Assembly: GCA_951406725.2 (NCBI GenBank)
Contig: OX597816.1
Location: 121,086,001-121,150,000, forward strand
From: Octopus vulgaris
Lineage: Eukaryota
Reading direction: 5' to 3'
DNA: 64,000 nucleotides
In this document: piece by piece, positions 41,629 through 55,550 of the stretch
Numbering within the stretch: the first letter of the stretch is position 1
How the letters are laid out: the number at the start of each line of letters is the position of its first letter
Translations under genes and position numbers: made by a program
Notes under the pieces: model-generated
What the model was told of the DNA's origin: nothing
Database searches by the model: none
The model's input: the letters and a program-made list of their open reading frames with translations, nothing else

Positions 41629-42094
41629 TATATGTGTGTGTGTATGTGTGTATATATGTATGTATGTATTTGTTATCTATATTATTTTATTAGTTTAATT
41701 TTTACTTAATGTTATTCAAAGAATGTCTGTCATACTTCTGCCTACACTGTGTCCTTCTCATAACCATATGAATACAAACAGTTAATGCAAATACAAAGAA
41801 TTCATTTCAATGAATAAGAGAAACTAAATCATAGTCTGCAATCCACTAACTGAGTTAATGTATGCTTTAACATATATTAACTGAACTAATGTATGCTGTA
41901 GCTTCAACGAAAGAAACTGTGTATGAGAATAAATCAGACGAAAGAAAAGTAACAACGATTTCTAGTATAGAACATCAAATGATACTATCACTTATTTCTA
42001 ACACGTACAAGTGTTACAAAATAAGTTTAAGTTGGTTCGAATTATCCAAAATTCACAAGGTGCATTATATTAAATTTCATAATTATTCCGGTAA

Positions 42095-42430
42095 ATATAA
42101 TAAGATCTACCAAAATATAAAATCGGTATTATCTGCATGTCACGTTGCCCCAATGAGCGTGTCATATCTCAATAAATGACAAACACTCGCGGACATGCTT
42201 ATAAAATCAAAAAACAACGCAGCACCTATGACTTTCGGAAACGTTTTTTTCACGCTCAGAATTGCTGAATCCATGGAATAAACTATCCGCATCAGTTGTT
42301 AGCTGTCGAGACACTACAGCCTTAAAAACTTCCATGCTTCCTGAAATCCACCAACAGGACACCTGATGGCCTTTATTATTATTATTATTTTTTAGTTGTA
42401 GTGCACCTGAGCACTGTATACAACAATTTC
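42095..42430 (+). mobile_element. CR1/L2-group LINE 3' end
   Basis: TNTRGHAYKIKKQRSTYDFRKRFF, TLRIAE, WNKLSASVV C-terminal motif. Confidence 0.75.
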
Positions 42431-44110
42431 CATCATTATATCAAAAATCGTTTCAAACCTGACATTTATCAACAAAAGATTAGTTTATAAAACTGCTTTC
42501 TGCAATTAAGGATCATAAAGTTTTGAGTGGATATATCTGATTTCTGCAGTAAAAGTGTTACATACTTTTTAAGATCTCAAAGGTGCACAGTCTAATGTCT
42601 AAGATTGCAAGTATTGACGAATTGATGTAACTACGACCACATTGAAAGAAATAGCATTTAAGATAAAACCATATAATTAAGATTCATTATACAATTAAAT
42701 CGACAAAATTTACTAACGAATTTTTTAGACGAGAACATGGAAGATTGACGAGTAAATCAATTTTGTTTTCCATTTTTGAATAGGCAAGTGGGTCGTTTAT
42801 CTTTTATTTGTTTGAGTCCTTGAACTGTGGCTATCTTGGGACACCATTTTGGAGGGAGTTAGTCGAGCAAGTGTTCTTGTACCTAGAGTAGAAAAAGTTA
42901 TTATTTGCTTATGGATGTGAACCGCACCGTCGTACTACTCATTGTACTTATGTACATCCAGGTAGACTTCTGATTATTTACAACTTTTGGCGGAACATGA
43001 AACAAGAAGTTAATCGAAAACCCGTTGACTTAGAAATTCGGTCGAGGAAATTAATAAATTATCATGAAGAGAGAAGAAAACGATGGGAAACAATATGTAT
43101 GATTCTCCCAGCCTTATTGTTCTCGAAATTGTTAACTTCTTTTTTTTTTTTTTGACCTTACAAAGGAGATGTGACTAGAGAAGATTTGTGTTCTTATCGA
43201 GTCTATTCCAGCTGCTTTGCATATAGACGCCCTCTTTTATCCAGGCCGGGTGACTTGTCCGAACCAATGGAATTCTTCCACGCTAGAAGGTCCCGATCAA
43301 GTGATGAGGCATGAATGTCTGGCTTGGGTTTTAGTCACATTAGTCTAGCTGAAATATCTCATCTGCGCACGCCACGACAACGCATAATACCAGTAGTTCG
43401 CTAACTGAACTGCTTGATCCCGGCCTTTCACAGTTTGTTAATTGTTCATCGCTCAGTATCTGGTGATATTCGCCATTGATTCGATAGATTCACTTGCAGT
43501 AAAAGATCCACACCTACCATGCTGCATCCCGTGATTTCAACGTACCTTGGCTCAAGTGTTTACATATTTTCTAACCCGTAGCCGCAACCTTGAGAAGTGT
43601 TACCGCTTTGGATCAGAGTAGAGTGGCTAAGAAATGGTTCCACTCGGTTCGAAACCCCGAGAGTCCTAAACCAGGGTCCTACTACCGGATGCAGTTTAAA
43701 GCCATGTCCTAGAGCTAGATATACAGATATTCAGATCTTTCTTGAAGTAATTAATCTCGGTAGTTATATTTAAGTAATAATTAAATGTAGTTATATTTCA
43801 GCGGGAAAAAAGAATTCAATAATCAAATACTGAAGCTCAAAATACTGTTTGATCAGGGTTGAGTGAGGGAGCTGAGCAATGATGTAACCAGTAACAACCA
43901 GTATTACGAATAACAGTAACAGCAAAGCACTAACAAGAACACCACCACCACCACCACCACCAGCAGCATTGTCAACACCATAACCTTCAAGAAAACAAGA
44001 TTACCACATTTTGTCCGATCTTCTGCCGAACTGCTAGTTTACGGGGACGTAAACACACAACTACCAGTTGTCAAGCAGTAGTCACACACACACACGCACA
44101 TGCATATATA

Positions 44111-45660
44111 TCTCTTATTATAAAAGGCAGATTTTATCTGCCTCCCTTTGGGAGTTATACAAATCTACAATATAGGATTTCTTCAATTACAATTTACCTG
44201 GCATTTTTAAGAGTACAATGCATCGCGTCATGCCAGGTCCAGTTTTTAAAATTTAAACTCCAATTAAGCAAAATTTACAGAAAACTCACATTCTGGTGTG
44301 TGTGTCAAATGCTTTTCTTAGTCTGGTTTACACCACACGCAAACGCACACACACAGTGGGCAACGAATAAAATGAAAGTAAATAGCGACAGAGTGATTTG
44401 AGGAAGACTAAACTGAAAGTGTTTAAACCACTACTCAAAAAATAAAAAAACACAGCAAACAGAAACAAATAAATACATAACCATTTAATCCTCACACAAC
44501 TTCTTCAATTAGAATTTACCTAAGATTTTTCAAAGTACTCCATTCGCTCATGCCATAATATATTTCTTTCAATTTCACCCCCAATTAAGACAAAATTCGA
44601 GAAAACTCAAAATTTTAACATATCACTCCGAAAGCATTGATGTACATGTGTGCGTGCGTGAGTGTGTGTGTGTCATTCCTCACACACACGCATACACATA
44701 CATATACAACTACATACAACTACATACACATACAACTACATACAAACACGTGTGTGTTTGTTATTAGTAAAAAAGGCGCAAAAACACAACTCACTTATCA
44801 TTCCAACACATTTGCAAAGACACACGGAGGACAGAAAAGGTAAATTGGTTTTTATTTTACTCTGTATATATTTTATTATATAATATTATATATAGATATA
44901 TGTATATATAATTGCAGTATGAAACAGTGTTTATGTATAAACAGACGACACTTATATATAGTTACCAAGCCGCCCGAATTTACCTATTCATATTTAAATG
45001 AGAATATCAGAGCAAATCTCTTTAGTACATTCGTGAAAACACGTATTATACTTCGTAAACACTTCAACTACAGTTTTGTACAAAAATCGAAGTGTAATTT
45101 TAATTCCGTGAATTATGGGAGATTTTTTTCCGAAATTTGTTCCTATTGTGTTTTCAAAATTTTTAATTCTGACAAAAAATGGATACGAATTTCATTATAT
45201 CAAGCAGCGAGTCAGAATTCGAAGGATTTTCTACTGAAGACCTTCATAAATCTAACTCTATGACTGAAAAAAAAAAGCATCTTTATATAAGAGTGAAGTT
45301 GTGTGTCTGTCTCCTACGATTTAGATTCCTAACTACTCCCACATTTTGCGGTGCAGTTTAACCAAAAGCGGGTATCTTATAGTCGTGATTCATATCGAGC
45401 CCTTCTGGGTATTAGCGTGCGTCTACGATGAGTCTACGATTTAAAAAAAATTTACCATCATATTTTTCCATTTTAATGCATTTTTTTCGCTTTTATATAA
45501 GGGAAGTAACTCTCTAAAAATATCTACGATGTGTCAACGATTTAAAAAATATTTACCTTAATTTTTTTTCAATTTTTAATGCATTTTTTGGCTATAACTC
45601 TAAAAATGCTTATATAGTTATTTCCCTTACAACCCGAGCAACGCCGGGCGATACTGCTAG
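44111..45660 (+). mobile_element. Composite non-autonomous Helitron (5' ends at 44111 and 45280, one 3' end)
   Basis: A|TCtcttattataaaagg at 44111; A|TCtttatataagagtgaagttgtgtgtctgtc at 45280; hairpin cccgagcaacgccggg then CTAG|T at 45657-45661. Confidence 0.75.
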
Positions 45661-46428
45661 TTAACTATAATCCTTAGAAGAAATTAATATGTGAAGAAAG
45701 CGTATAGCATGGAGTTTTATTTAAAATTCGATATAGGCATCAGCATTCGCCATCAGCTTTTCCAGCCGCCCGGGAACAGCATCAACTGATTTCATCAGGA
45801 ATTCTTGTGAGATGGAAGACATAACTTCTCGTATCCGCCCTTCAAGCTCTTCCAAAGTCGTTGATTTGATAGAGTAGACTTGCTCCTTTAACCCCCCCCC
45901 CCCAAAAAAAAAGTCGCAGGGTGTTAAATCAGGATTTCTGGCCGGCCAATCATGCGGACATCGACGACCCATCCATCTTCCAGGAAAACAAAACAACAAT
46001 AGCAAAAGGTGGAGGAGCACCATCTTGCATAAAAATCAAAGCTACAACGTTCTCCCAAGAACTGATGATTGGCCAGATTTCATCTTGCAGCATGGTGAGG
46101 TACTTTTCAGCATTTATGGTATTGCAAAGGATGAAAGGTCCCACAATCCTGTCCGGATTGTTACCTTGGGCCGATTCTGCACTTTTTCAGAGGTTGTGAC
46201 GGTTCACGAACTCACCGATGTGGAATATCTCTTCATTACTCCAGAGGATATTTTTAAAGAGATCACACCATGTTTGTAGGGGTTCTAAATTTCAAAAAAA
46301 TAAACGATTTTGAAAAAAAAACAACAACATAGAATCAATTCCCATACATTAACGAACATTGAGAAAAAATTATAGTCAATAAATTATAAATATTTTAAGA
46401 TAGAGAGTTACTTTTCAATCGCCCTATA
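45661..46428 (-). mobile_element. Tc1/mariner remnant, probably rosa/DD41D-like, internally deleted
   Basis: GPFI, YLTMLQD, FMQDGAPP, FPGRWMGRR, WPARNPDLTPCDFF, LKEQVY; terminus tatagggcgattgaaaagtaact on the minus strand; the D-to-D spacing cannot be counted because of a deletion/frameshift. Confidence 0.8.
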
Positions 46429-46444
46429 TAAATATATACATACA

Positions 46445-46483
<39 letters not shown>

Positions 46484-46487
<4 letters not shown>

Positions 46488-46760
46488 ATTTCGGAATGGT
46501 CATTTTGCCAGTTTAACCAATAAAAACACATGCACTATATATTTGGTGTTACTTTGCTTCAGTGTTATTAATTTTTAACATTAATCTTAATCTTATTTCG
46601 GCGAGAGTTCTTTCGTCACACTCCTGTGACCTCATCAGTGGTCCTTTGCTGTCTTCTTTCTAATTTGTGTGTCTCTCCTTACTAACGGTCAGCCATACAA
46701 AATGGCTAGTGCGTGTGTTTTTATTGGCTAAACTGGTAAAATGACCATTCCTAAATACAA
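46484..46760 (-). mobile_element. Small element with 54-bp inverted arms and an internal hammerhead core
   Basis: Arms 46484-46537 and 46707-46760; minus strand CTGATGA-g-GTCAC aggagt GTGAC-GAAA at 46611-46638. Confidence 0.7.
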
Positions 46761-46832
46761 CAATATCTGTTTCAACACACGATTTCACATCAGAAATCTT
46801 GCAAAACAAATATATAAAAGTATATATATATA

Positions 46833-46865
<33 letters not shown>

Positions 46866-46866
46866 G

Positions 46867-47000
<134 letters not shown>

Positions 47001-47045
47001 AAATATGTGAATCCTTGGTACAGTTAATTATATTTGAATAAATAT

Positions 47046-47094
<49 letters not shown>

Positions 47095-47095
<1 letters not shown>

Positions 47096-47252
47096 GTCGG
47101 ACTTGTTTCAGTTTCCGTCTACCAAATCCACTCACGCGGCTTTGGTCGACCCGAGGCTATAATGGAAGACACTTACCCAAGGTATCACGCAGTGGGACTG
47201 AACCGGGAACCATGTAGTTGAGAAATATGTTTCTTACCACACTGCCACGCCT
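47095..47252 (-). mobile_element. SINE family A, 5' half
   Basis: tttcagtttccgtctaccaaatccactcac...gggactgaacc. Confidence 0.85.
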
Positions 47253-47925
47253 ATTTATATCGACCTCGGAAGTATGAACGGCAAAGAACTTGATGGCATT
47301 TGAACTCAAAATATGAGAGAACCGTGATTAAATATCAAAAGAGCATTATACCTAACACTCTAACGATTTCGCCAAAAGATTTTGCTTTGCCGTTTAGTTT
47401 GATTCTTCTTTCGTTGTTGCTCATATTGTTTTTCTCCATTTTTGTATGCAGACCAACCAACCAACAAACAAGAGAAACGATCGCTGTTGTTATTGCACTA
47501 AGAATCCCCGAAAACAAGTGCTAGAATGGAAGGAGGGGGGAGCGGGAAGCACTTGCTGATGGTATTTTTCGTAAGGGAATCCTCTTCCCATCCCGACACC
47601 CACTAACATCAATACCAACATCAACATCAACAACAATAACAATAACAAACAATACCGGTACCAACATCACCATTTACATTTATTTGTACCACCACTACCA
47701 TCACCACCACCACTACCACCACAACCACCACCACCACCACCACCACCACCACACCACCACCACACCACCACCACCAGCAACAGCAACAACAACAACAACA
47801 ACAACGACCCCATCGCCTACACCACACTCCTTTTCTCTTGAAAATATGCAAAGGAAATGCTGATATGATGTATACACGCTCATACTCATATACGCACCCA
47901 CACATACATACACTCACACACGCAC

Positions 47926-47978
<53 letters not shown>

Positions 47979-47998
47979 TATATATATATGTATATATA

Positions 47999-48044
<46 letters not shown>

Positions 48045-48078
48045 CACACACATTCATACATACATACATACATTAGAT

Positions 48079-48140
<62 letters not shown>

Positions 48141-48571
48141 TTGTGTGGGAATGTATGAATGTGTATATATGTATGCATGTGTGTGTGTGTGTATACAAAC
48201 ACATACACGTAGATTTCTGTACTTACTCTATTTACTCTATATTTATACACACACAGGCATAAATGTAAGTATTTATGTATGCATGCATGTATGCCTTCGT
48301 GCGTATACGTTATACATACGTCTGTAAATGAATACACTTACACGAGTGTATGTACAGATAAATCTAAGCTATTTCCTGGATAACTTTCTCGTGCTTCTCA
48401 CTCTCTTTTCTTCTCCATCTCTCTCCCGTTTTTTTCTTTCCCCATTTTACACACACACACACACACACACAGAATGAACACGTTTGTGGATCATCAGTGT
48501 TCTTTCTTAAATCATCCTTCGGCAGCCGGCTTCTGGGACTTGTTTGTTGTTGTTTTATTTATAGTTGCTGC

Positions 48572-48765
48572 TCTTCTTCTTCTTCTTCTTCTTCTTCTTC
48601 TTCTTCTTCTTCTTCTTCTTCTTCTTCTTCTTCTTCTTCTTCTTCTTCTTCTTCTTCTTCTTCTCCTCCTCCTCCTCCTCCACCACTCCCCCACCTCCTC
48701 CTGGTCCCCCTGCTCCCTCCTCCTCCTCATCCCCCTCCTCCTCCTCCTCATCATCATCATCATCA
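48572..48765. repeat. (CTT)n/(CCT)n microsatellite
   Basis: Directly visible. Confidence 0.95.
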
Positions 48766-48802
48766 AACTTCGTGCCTGTAGTAGAAAGGATTATCATTAT
48801 TA

Positions 48803-49005
48803 TGGCAGAATCGTTATCACGCCGGGCCAAAATGCGTTTCGTTCGTCTTTACGTTCTGAATTCGAATTCCGCCGAGGTCGACTTTGCCTTCCATCCTTTA
48901 AGGGATCGATAAAATAAGTACAAATCGAGTACTTGGGGTGAGCGGGGTCTATATAATCGACTTACCCATTCCTCCGAACTTGCTGACCAAGTGCCTATTG
49001 TAGAA
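48803..49005 (+). mobile_element. SINE family B
   Basis: ggcagaatcgttatcacgccgggc...ttccgccgaggtcgactttgcc. Confidence 0.8.
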
Positions 49006-49027
49006 AAGATCATCATCATCATCATCA

Positions 49028-49101
<74 letters not shown>

Positions 49102-49105
49102 ATCC

Positions 49106-49578
49106 TTGAGTGAGAGTGCAGTGCATGCCATGAAAGTGACACTGGGGTAAAATATACGAAGCCCAGTATACCCATCATGACTGCCCGTCTAATAAGGGTA
49201 CACTAGGCACATGTATCACAAGCATATGTGCGCGACATGGTGATCTCATATCAAGATAAACAGCACATGACCTTGCAGGTGGTTTGAACGAAACCAGAGG
49301 TGAATTATCCAAATCCCAAAGAATCCCTCTCAACACATGGCTATGATGCTACCCCACTACTTCTGCTCGTGATCAGTAATGCACATATCGTCAACCACTA
49401 AAGGACATGCTCAACTGGTTACGGTCAAACAACTGACAAGCAAATCTGTAGTATTGAGCAGAATATTTGCTGTAGCCCATCTTTTATACCAAGACAAAAC
49501 AATGTACATGATAACACTTCCAATCAGTTAAGACCTGAAGCCACGAGAGCCACTGCCTGGTATTGCATCAGGACATTT
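49106..49578. mobile_element. Interspersed repeat in (ATT)n, copy 2 (internal deletion)
   Basis: Near-identical to 36061-36590 but lacks the ggcccagttag...gttgtttaagg segment. Confidence 0.8.
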
Positions 49579-49691
49579 ATTATCATTATTATTATTATCA
49601 TCAGTATCATCATTAACATCGTCATCATAAAAACGGTCGCAGGTTGGCAGAATTGTTTGAGGATCGGAGAAAATAGCTAGCAGTTATTATT

Positions 49692-49905
49692 AAGGCGGCG
49701 ATCTGGCACAATCGTTAGCACACCGGGAAAAATGCTTAGCGGCATTTCGTCCGTTCTTAGCTCTGAGTTAAAATTCCGCCGAGGTCGACTTTACCTGTTA
49801 TCCTTTCGGTGTCGATAAAATAAGTACTAGTGAAACACTGGGGTCGATGTAATCAACTAGTATCCCTCCCTCAAATTTCAGACATGTACCTGTAACAGAA
49901 AGGGT
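49692..49905 (+). mobile_element. SINE family B
   Basis: aaggcggcgatctggcacaatcgttagcac...ttccgccgaggtcgac. Confidence 0.82.
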
Positions 49906-50681
49906 TATTATTATTAGAAAGACTCGTGTAAGACAACAACAGCTTAACATTTAGGGGAAGTGTTGTTTTTTAAAAAGAAATCCCTCTCCGCCATCATCTC
50001 CGCCGCCGCCGCCGCAACCACCGCCACCACCATCACCACCACCACCACCACCACCAACGCCGCCGCCGGTGCTGCTACTCTGTTTCGACAACTTTTTGCT
50101 TATTTATTTCCTAGATGTTTTATCTTCATCTTTATTTCTTATTTTTCTGGTCTTCTGTTTTTTGGGGTTCGGTCTTTGTTGTTTGGCTTTTAATTTGTGT
50201 TTGTATGAGGTATGGTGGTTGGTGGTGTTGGTGTTAGTGGTGGGGTTCGGGTTTGTTTGTTTGTTTTCTGATGAGACTAACAGAAATTGCTAAATAAAGA
50301 TGCTTTCCGTAAAGTAGTAGGGGAAAAAAACAAACTGTACGTATTATTACAATTGACGTATGCGTGTCTATACTTGCGTGTTGCTATATCTTCACACAAG
50401 CACTTATAAACTTACACTCAGGCATATATGTATGTATGTGCGTGTTTATGTGTGTGTCTATGTGTGTGTGAATTTGCGTGCGTGTGTTGTGTGTTTGTAC
50501 ATGTTTATGTGAATATGTATGCCTATATCTATATCTATATCGATATCTATATATGTATATATGTATGTATATGTATACACACACACACACACACACACGT
50601 ATATATATATATATTTACATATACAGACATATAAATATACATATATAAATACAGATATACATACATACATACATACATACA

Positions 50682-50714
<33 letters not shown>

Positions 50715-50877
50715 GTACATATATATATATATATTTGTATATTTGTATGTATATCTATATATGTGTTTACACACATATACACACACACATATATATATAC
50801 ATCCTGCAAGGATGACGTAAATAACTGTTAAATTTATGTAAGTGAAAGATCTTCGTTTTCTTTATCATTATTAATAC

Positions 50878-50973
<96 letters not shown>

Positions 50974-51025
50974 TAGATAGATACATACATACATACATAC
51001 ATACATACATACATACATACATACA

Positions 51026-51059
<34 letters not shown>

Positions 51060-51103
51060 CATACATATATACATACATACATATGTATGTATATATGTAT
51101 ATA

Positions 51104-51990
51104 TACGGTGTGAATTCACTGACGACCTCCACTCCAGATTCTTACGTGAACCAAGAGATGAGTACAGTGTATAATATTAATAAGTCAATGACAAATTAAC
51201 AGTTATCATCCTTCAATCTGTTTACAAGAACGCTGCTATGAGCAAAACAGAAGTTTACGAGTGGTTTTCACGCCTTAGGAATGGTCACTTATCGCTTGAG
51301 GACCAACCTCGTTCAGGGCGGCCGTCGACTTCTCGAACGAATAAAAGCATCAAGAAAATACATGAACTGATCTTGGTAGACCGTTGCCGAACAAATTACG
51401 AACTTGATATGGCTGGTATATCCTGGATCTCCTGCCAACGAATTTTGATCGAAAAATGGCAATTGAAAAGAGTTGCAGTAAAATGTGTACCTCACTTGCT
51501 CACGGAAGATCAAAAGCAGTCACGATTGAATGCGTGTCGTGAACTGAAACAACAGTTGAAAGTTGATCCGAACTTTTTTTCGAAGGCCATCACTGGTGAC
51601 GAAAGCTGATGCTAAGTCTACGACCGGGAAACGAAGCAGCAATCAAGTCAATGAAAGCATTCAATGTCACCATGCACCCCACAAAAGCGTGTCATGTGAA
51701 GTCTAATGTCAACACGATGCTGATTTGTTTCATTGATGCGAAAGGAATTGCTCACACAGAATTTGTTTCTCCTGGTCAAATTGTTAACTAGACATTTTAC
51801 TTGGCCGTTCTGAAGCGTTTGCAAGACGTGATGAAACGATCAGTGGCAAAGTGGAGAGTTGTGGTTTCATCACGCAAATGCACCTGCGCACACCGCCTTG
51901 AGTGTGAAACAGTTTTTGACCAAAAATAGCATGACCCCGATTACCCATCCTCCCAGTTTACCCGATCTTGCCCCCTGCAACTTCTTTTTT
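51104..51990 (+). mobile_element. Decayed mariner transposase remnant
   Basis: VYEWFSRL, PRSGRPSTS, CVPHLLT, ITGDES, MLICFIDAKG, HHANAPAH, HPPSLPDLAPCNFF. Confidence 0.88.
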
Positions 51991-53574
51991 GGATTTTGCG
52001 GAGGGTCAAAATAGGTAGCACAAACAGGGCAGTGAAGACAAACAGGAAAGGATGCTAAGCCTAAACGAGGTTGTGGTGACGAACGCGTAAATCAAGCTAG
52101 GACAGGCGACAAACAAGAACACGTCTTCCTTGTTATATATATATGAAACGGTAGTTAAAAAAATAAAAGCCACTTTCAAACAAATTACTTAAGACATGGT
52201 TAATCATTAAGAATATATGTATTTCACTGAATTAAAATAATTCGTTACAAATGACCATGTTCCACTCTAAGCTAATTTTGTAAGCTAAAGAGTTGTTTCG
52301 TTCAGTTAATTGGAACCATAATTAGAAATAGAAGGCCCTATTTGAAACAATGAATGAGTGTTCTAAAATAGATATATAAGATAAATTTTGTATTATCTTG
52401 ACTTAAAGAGTAGAAAGAAAATATCGAAGACGACATAAATTGGTGAGCGAGGGAAGTTTTAACTTTAACTAAAGCCAAAATGCAGGAGATGAAGCGTTAT
52501 AATTAGCTACATGGATATAGAATTTAGCAGTAAACAGACATTAGGGAGAGAACAGGAGCCCAGGAGGGTGATGACATATATATCTCCTAAAAGAATCCCA
52601 AAATTTGATTTTACTGAATAGAAAACTAAGTTAAATCATAATTTGGAAGGGTAATTATTGTAAAAGTTACAAAATGGGAAAAATAGGCAGCTAAGTGAAA
52701 AGTATTTATAATACGCAGTTTAAAGTAGCAGTGGAAATTGGTTCCCTAGGGGACCAGCGTTTTCTTACTTTTAAATCTTACTGGATTGGAGCTTGTAAGT
52801 TACTACTCGTCTTCCTAATCTCAATCTCTATGACCTTAGTATACCTCTAGTTCCTAAACTTCATCTTCCTTACTAAAGAAAAGTAAGAAAATAAATGTAT
52901 TGTAGTTTGCTTGAGGCATTGTGATACAGAAGTTAAAAAAGCAAATAATGAAGAGGACGTGCTTCTTACAATGTGAAAGAGAAAGTTAAGTAACCTTTAT
53001 ATTTTTCAGGCGCAAAGACCCATCACCAGATGCCAACAGGTTAAAAAATGTAAGTTTTCGTAATCCTTCCTCGCTGATCGCCGGCAGTCAACATGGCAAG
53101 TATGTAAAACCATAATGAAGTGGAAGGCACGGTAACAGCAACACATAACTGAAAAATGTGTTAAGCCAATTAAAGGTTTATCAATTAAGTCACAATAAAT
53201 AAAGATTCTGCAGAAATGTAACGCAAAACTCTGAATTTAGTAAATGATTTAGATGTTATTTTTTAGATAATTTTTTAGTTTGTAGATAAGATAGAACTTT
53301 TCAGCCTTGAGTTTATACGAGGAAATCCTTTTGTTATGTTTATCTAAGTAGATTTACCTTAGCAAAACAAAACAAAAAAACAACAACAAAAAACCCTAAA
53401 ATTACAAGTCTCTTATTACTGGTATTGTGTTCGACTCAAGACACTATGCTTCATTTGGGTGCATAGTAAGTATTCTTCTTTAGCTTCCAAATATATTTCG
53501 AAAGGGGTGTTTCATTTTTCTATCTTTAAATATGTAAATGTGGTTGTTATACATACTTTAAATGGTGCGGAGGT

Positions 53575-54500
53575 ATAACCTGTATAAATGTGCGTGGAAT
53601 TATTAGTGGTATCACTGTATAGGTAGACAATATCATTATCTTCACATTTAGGATTTGAAGGCAGTTACTAAGGTTAATGAAGTTCCAACTGGTTTTCTTG
53701 TTTATGTTCGCATGATTTATGAATTTAAACTTTTTCGGCTTGGTTGACGCTAAGAATTGAGTGCAGCAGAGGAAAATAATTTTATAATGTTGTTCTTATA
53801 AATTCTGTAATATATATGCTGTAGGTGGAAGTGTTTTCTGAGAATTTACAAGAGATAGCTAGCAACAAGGCTAACAACACTTAATCTGAATAGAAGATTG
53901 AACCTTATTATATTCATTGTCCTATTTATTCAGCTATACTTACTACTGCTAGAATTATTTCTAACCGATAGATATGTGTTAAGTGCTATACAATAAATAT
54001 TCTGTATAAAGTTGCCTCACGCAAAAGCTTCATTACAGTAACATGCAGATCTGTTAATATGTTAGAAGAAAGGTTTGAAATTCTTAGAAGGATATTCCTA
54101 ACAAGATTGCTAATTATAGAAGTGTATGTAGTTTAAGGACTCGTCTGGTTTCCTAAAAGTATAGAAGAAAGTATCTGACGTAGCGTTATATATTGAAAGT
54201 ATATTTTGTGAAGGTTAGTTTCAGTTGTTATGGAGAATATTAATTCGTTGAAGAGTACACGTATTTTCTCATTTCATCGTTTATTTGTGGGTTATCTGTG
54301 ACCTCATTAGCATTTTCTTGCTTCAAGAATTTAAATCTAAATTTCCGTACTTAGGAGGTCTATACTGTTTTTGACTAACTGGAATCTGAAATAAATATTT
54401 CTAACAATATGATCTTACAAAGTTGGTAATACAATATACAGAGAATATGTTACTCACGTGGAATTCTTATATTTCTTATGCTTATTACTTCCAATATATT
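53575..54500 (+). mobile_element. Possible highly decayed L1/Tx1-like LINE endonuclease region
   Basis: ITCINVRGI near 53576 and FCNIYA near 53803 resemble APE-endonuclease motifs (NVRG, NIYA); many stops. Confidence 0.3.
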
Positions 54501-54547
54501 TTAGTAAACACTAGCCATAAGCGCCTTTACTATATTAACTTCCACAT

Positions 54548-54682
54548 AGGCGCAGGTGTGACTGAACCCAGAACCATATGATTGGGAAGCTTGCTTTCCA
54601 GTCACATGGTTACGGGTTCAGGCGGGCCAACCAAAACCTTGTGAGTGGATTTGATAAACAGAAGCTGAAGGAAACCCGTCGT
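54548..54682 (+). mobile_element. SINE family A head, rearranged
   Basis: aggcgcaggtgtg...gggttcag...ccttgtgagtggatttg. Confidence 0.7.
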
Positions 54683-54800
54683 GTATATACAATAGTGCCC
54701 CGGTATTTACGGGGGTTACGTTCCTAGAATACTCGCGAATATTGGACGTGATCCATAAAAATGCCTATAAATGTCGAAATATAACGTAAAATATATGTAT

Positions 54801-54948
54801 ATACAAAATTAAGAGGAATGGCCACCAAAGATGACACCCTATATGCTAAACCTTGACGTCAAATCGTCATTACCACGAAGAATGTATTCACAAGAACATA
54901 TAGTATATAGGGTGTCCACTTTGGTGGTCGTTCCTCTTAATTTTGTAT
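54801..54948. repeat. 48-bp inverted repeat (54801-54848 / 54901-54948)
   Basis: atacaaaattaagaggaatggccaccaaag... and ...ctttggtggtcgttcctcttaattttgtat. Confidence 0.85.
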
Positions 54949-55019
54949 GTAACACAATTTTTAATCTTCGGATTTTTTAAATATGCTAAGCCACTGGTTT
55001 TAATTGATTAAAAATCAAT

Positions 55020-55550
55020 TAAAATCCACAAGAACAAAATTATTACCGAAGCTTGCAAAAAGTCCACTTCAACCTGCATCACTGCGCCACATCCCACTGA
55101 TCTCAAACTGAGACCAATTGTGGCAGGCCTAAACTGTGAAATACACAGATTAAGCAACTTCATCGATATCCTCTTAAAACCAATACTTAAACACATACCA
55201 AATATTATAAGAGATGACCTGGATCTATTAAATCATCTCCCCCAAACATACCAATAAATACATTTTCATTGTCTCCTTTGATGCAATAAACCTTTACACT
55301 ACGATCCCACATCAATATGGACTGGAAGCCATTAAATTCTGGCTAGAAAAATACCCCAATGAGGTCACGGAAAGAATAAAAACAGAATTCATCATCGAGG
55401 AAACTTGAGTTTATCCTCCAAAACAACTTTTTGAATTTTAATAACACCTACAGACAGGTATCAGGGACGGCAATGGGTACTAAAGTTGCCACTACTTATG
55501 CAAACCTGGTGATGGCCAACCTAGAATTATAAAGTTATGATGAATCCAAA
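55020..55550 (+). mobile_element. Penelope-like reverse transcriptase fragment
   Basis: KIHK, LRPIVAG, LSNFIDILLKP, SFDAINLYTTIPH, ILQNNF, YRQVSGTAMGTKVATTYANL. Confidence 0.88.

Noticed and set aside
54690-54760. Tigger/pogo-like terminal sequence
   Set aside because: Only one degenerate end seen; no partner TIR or transposase
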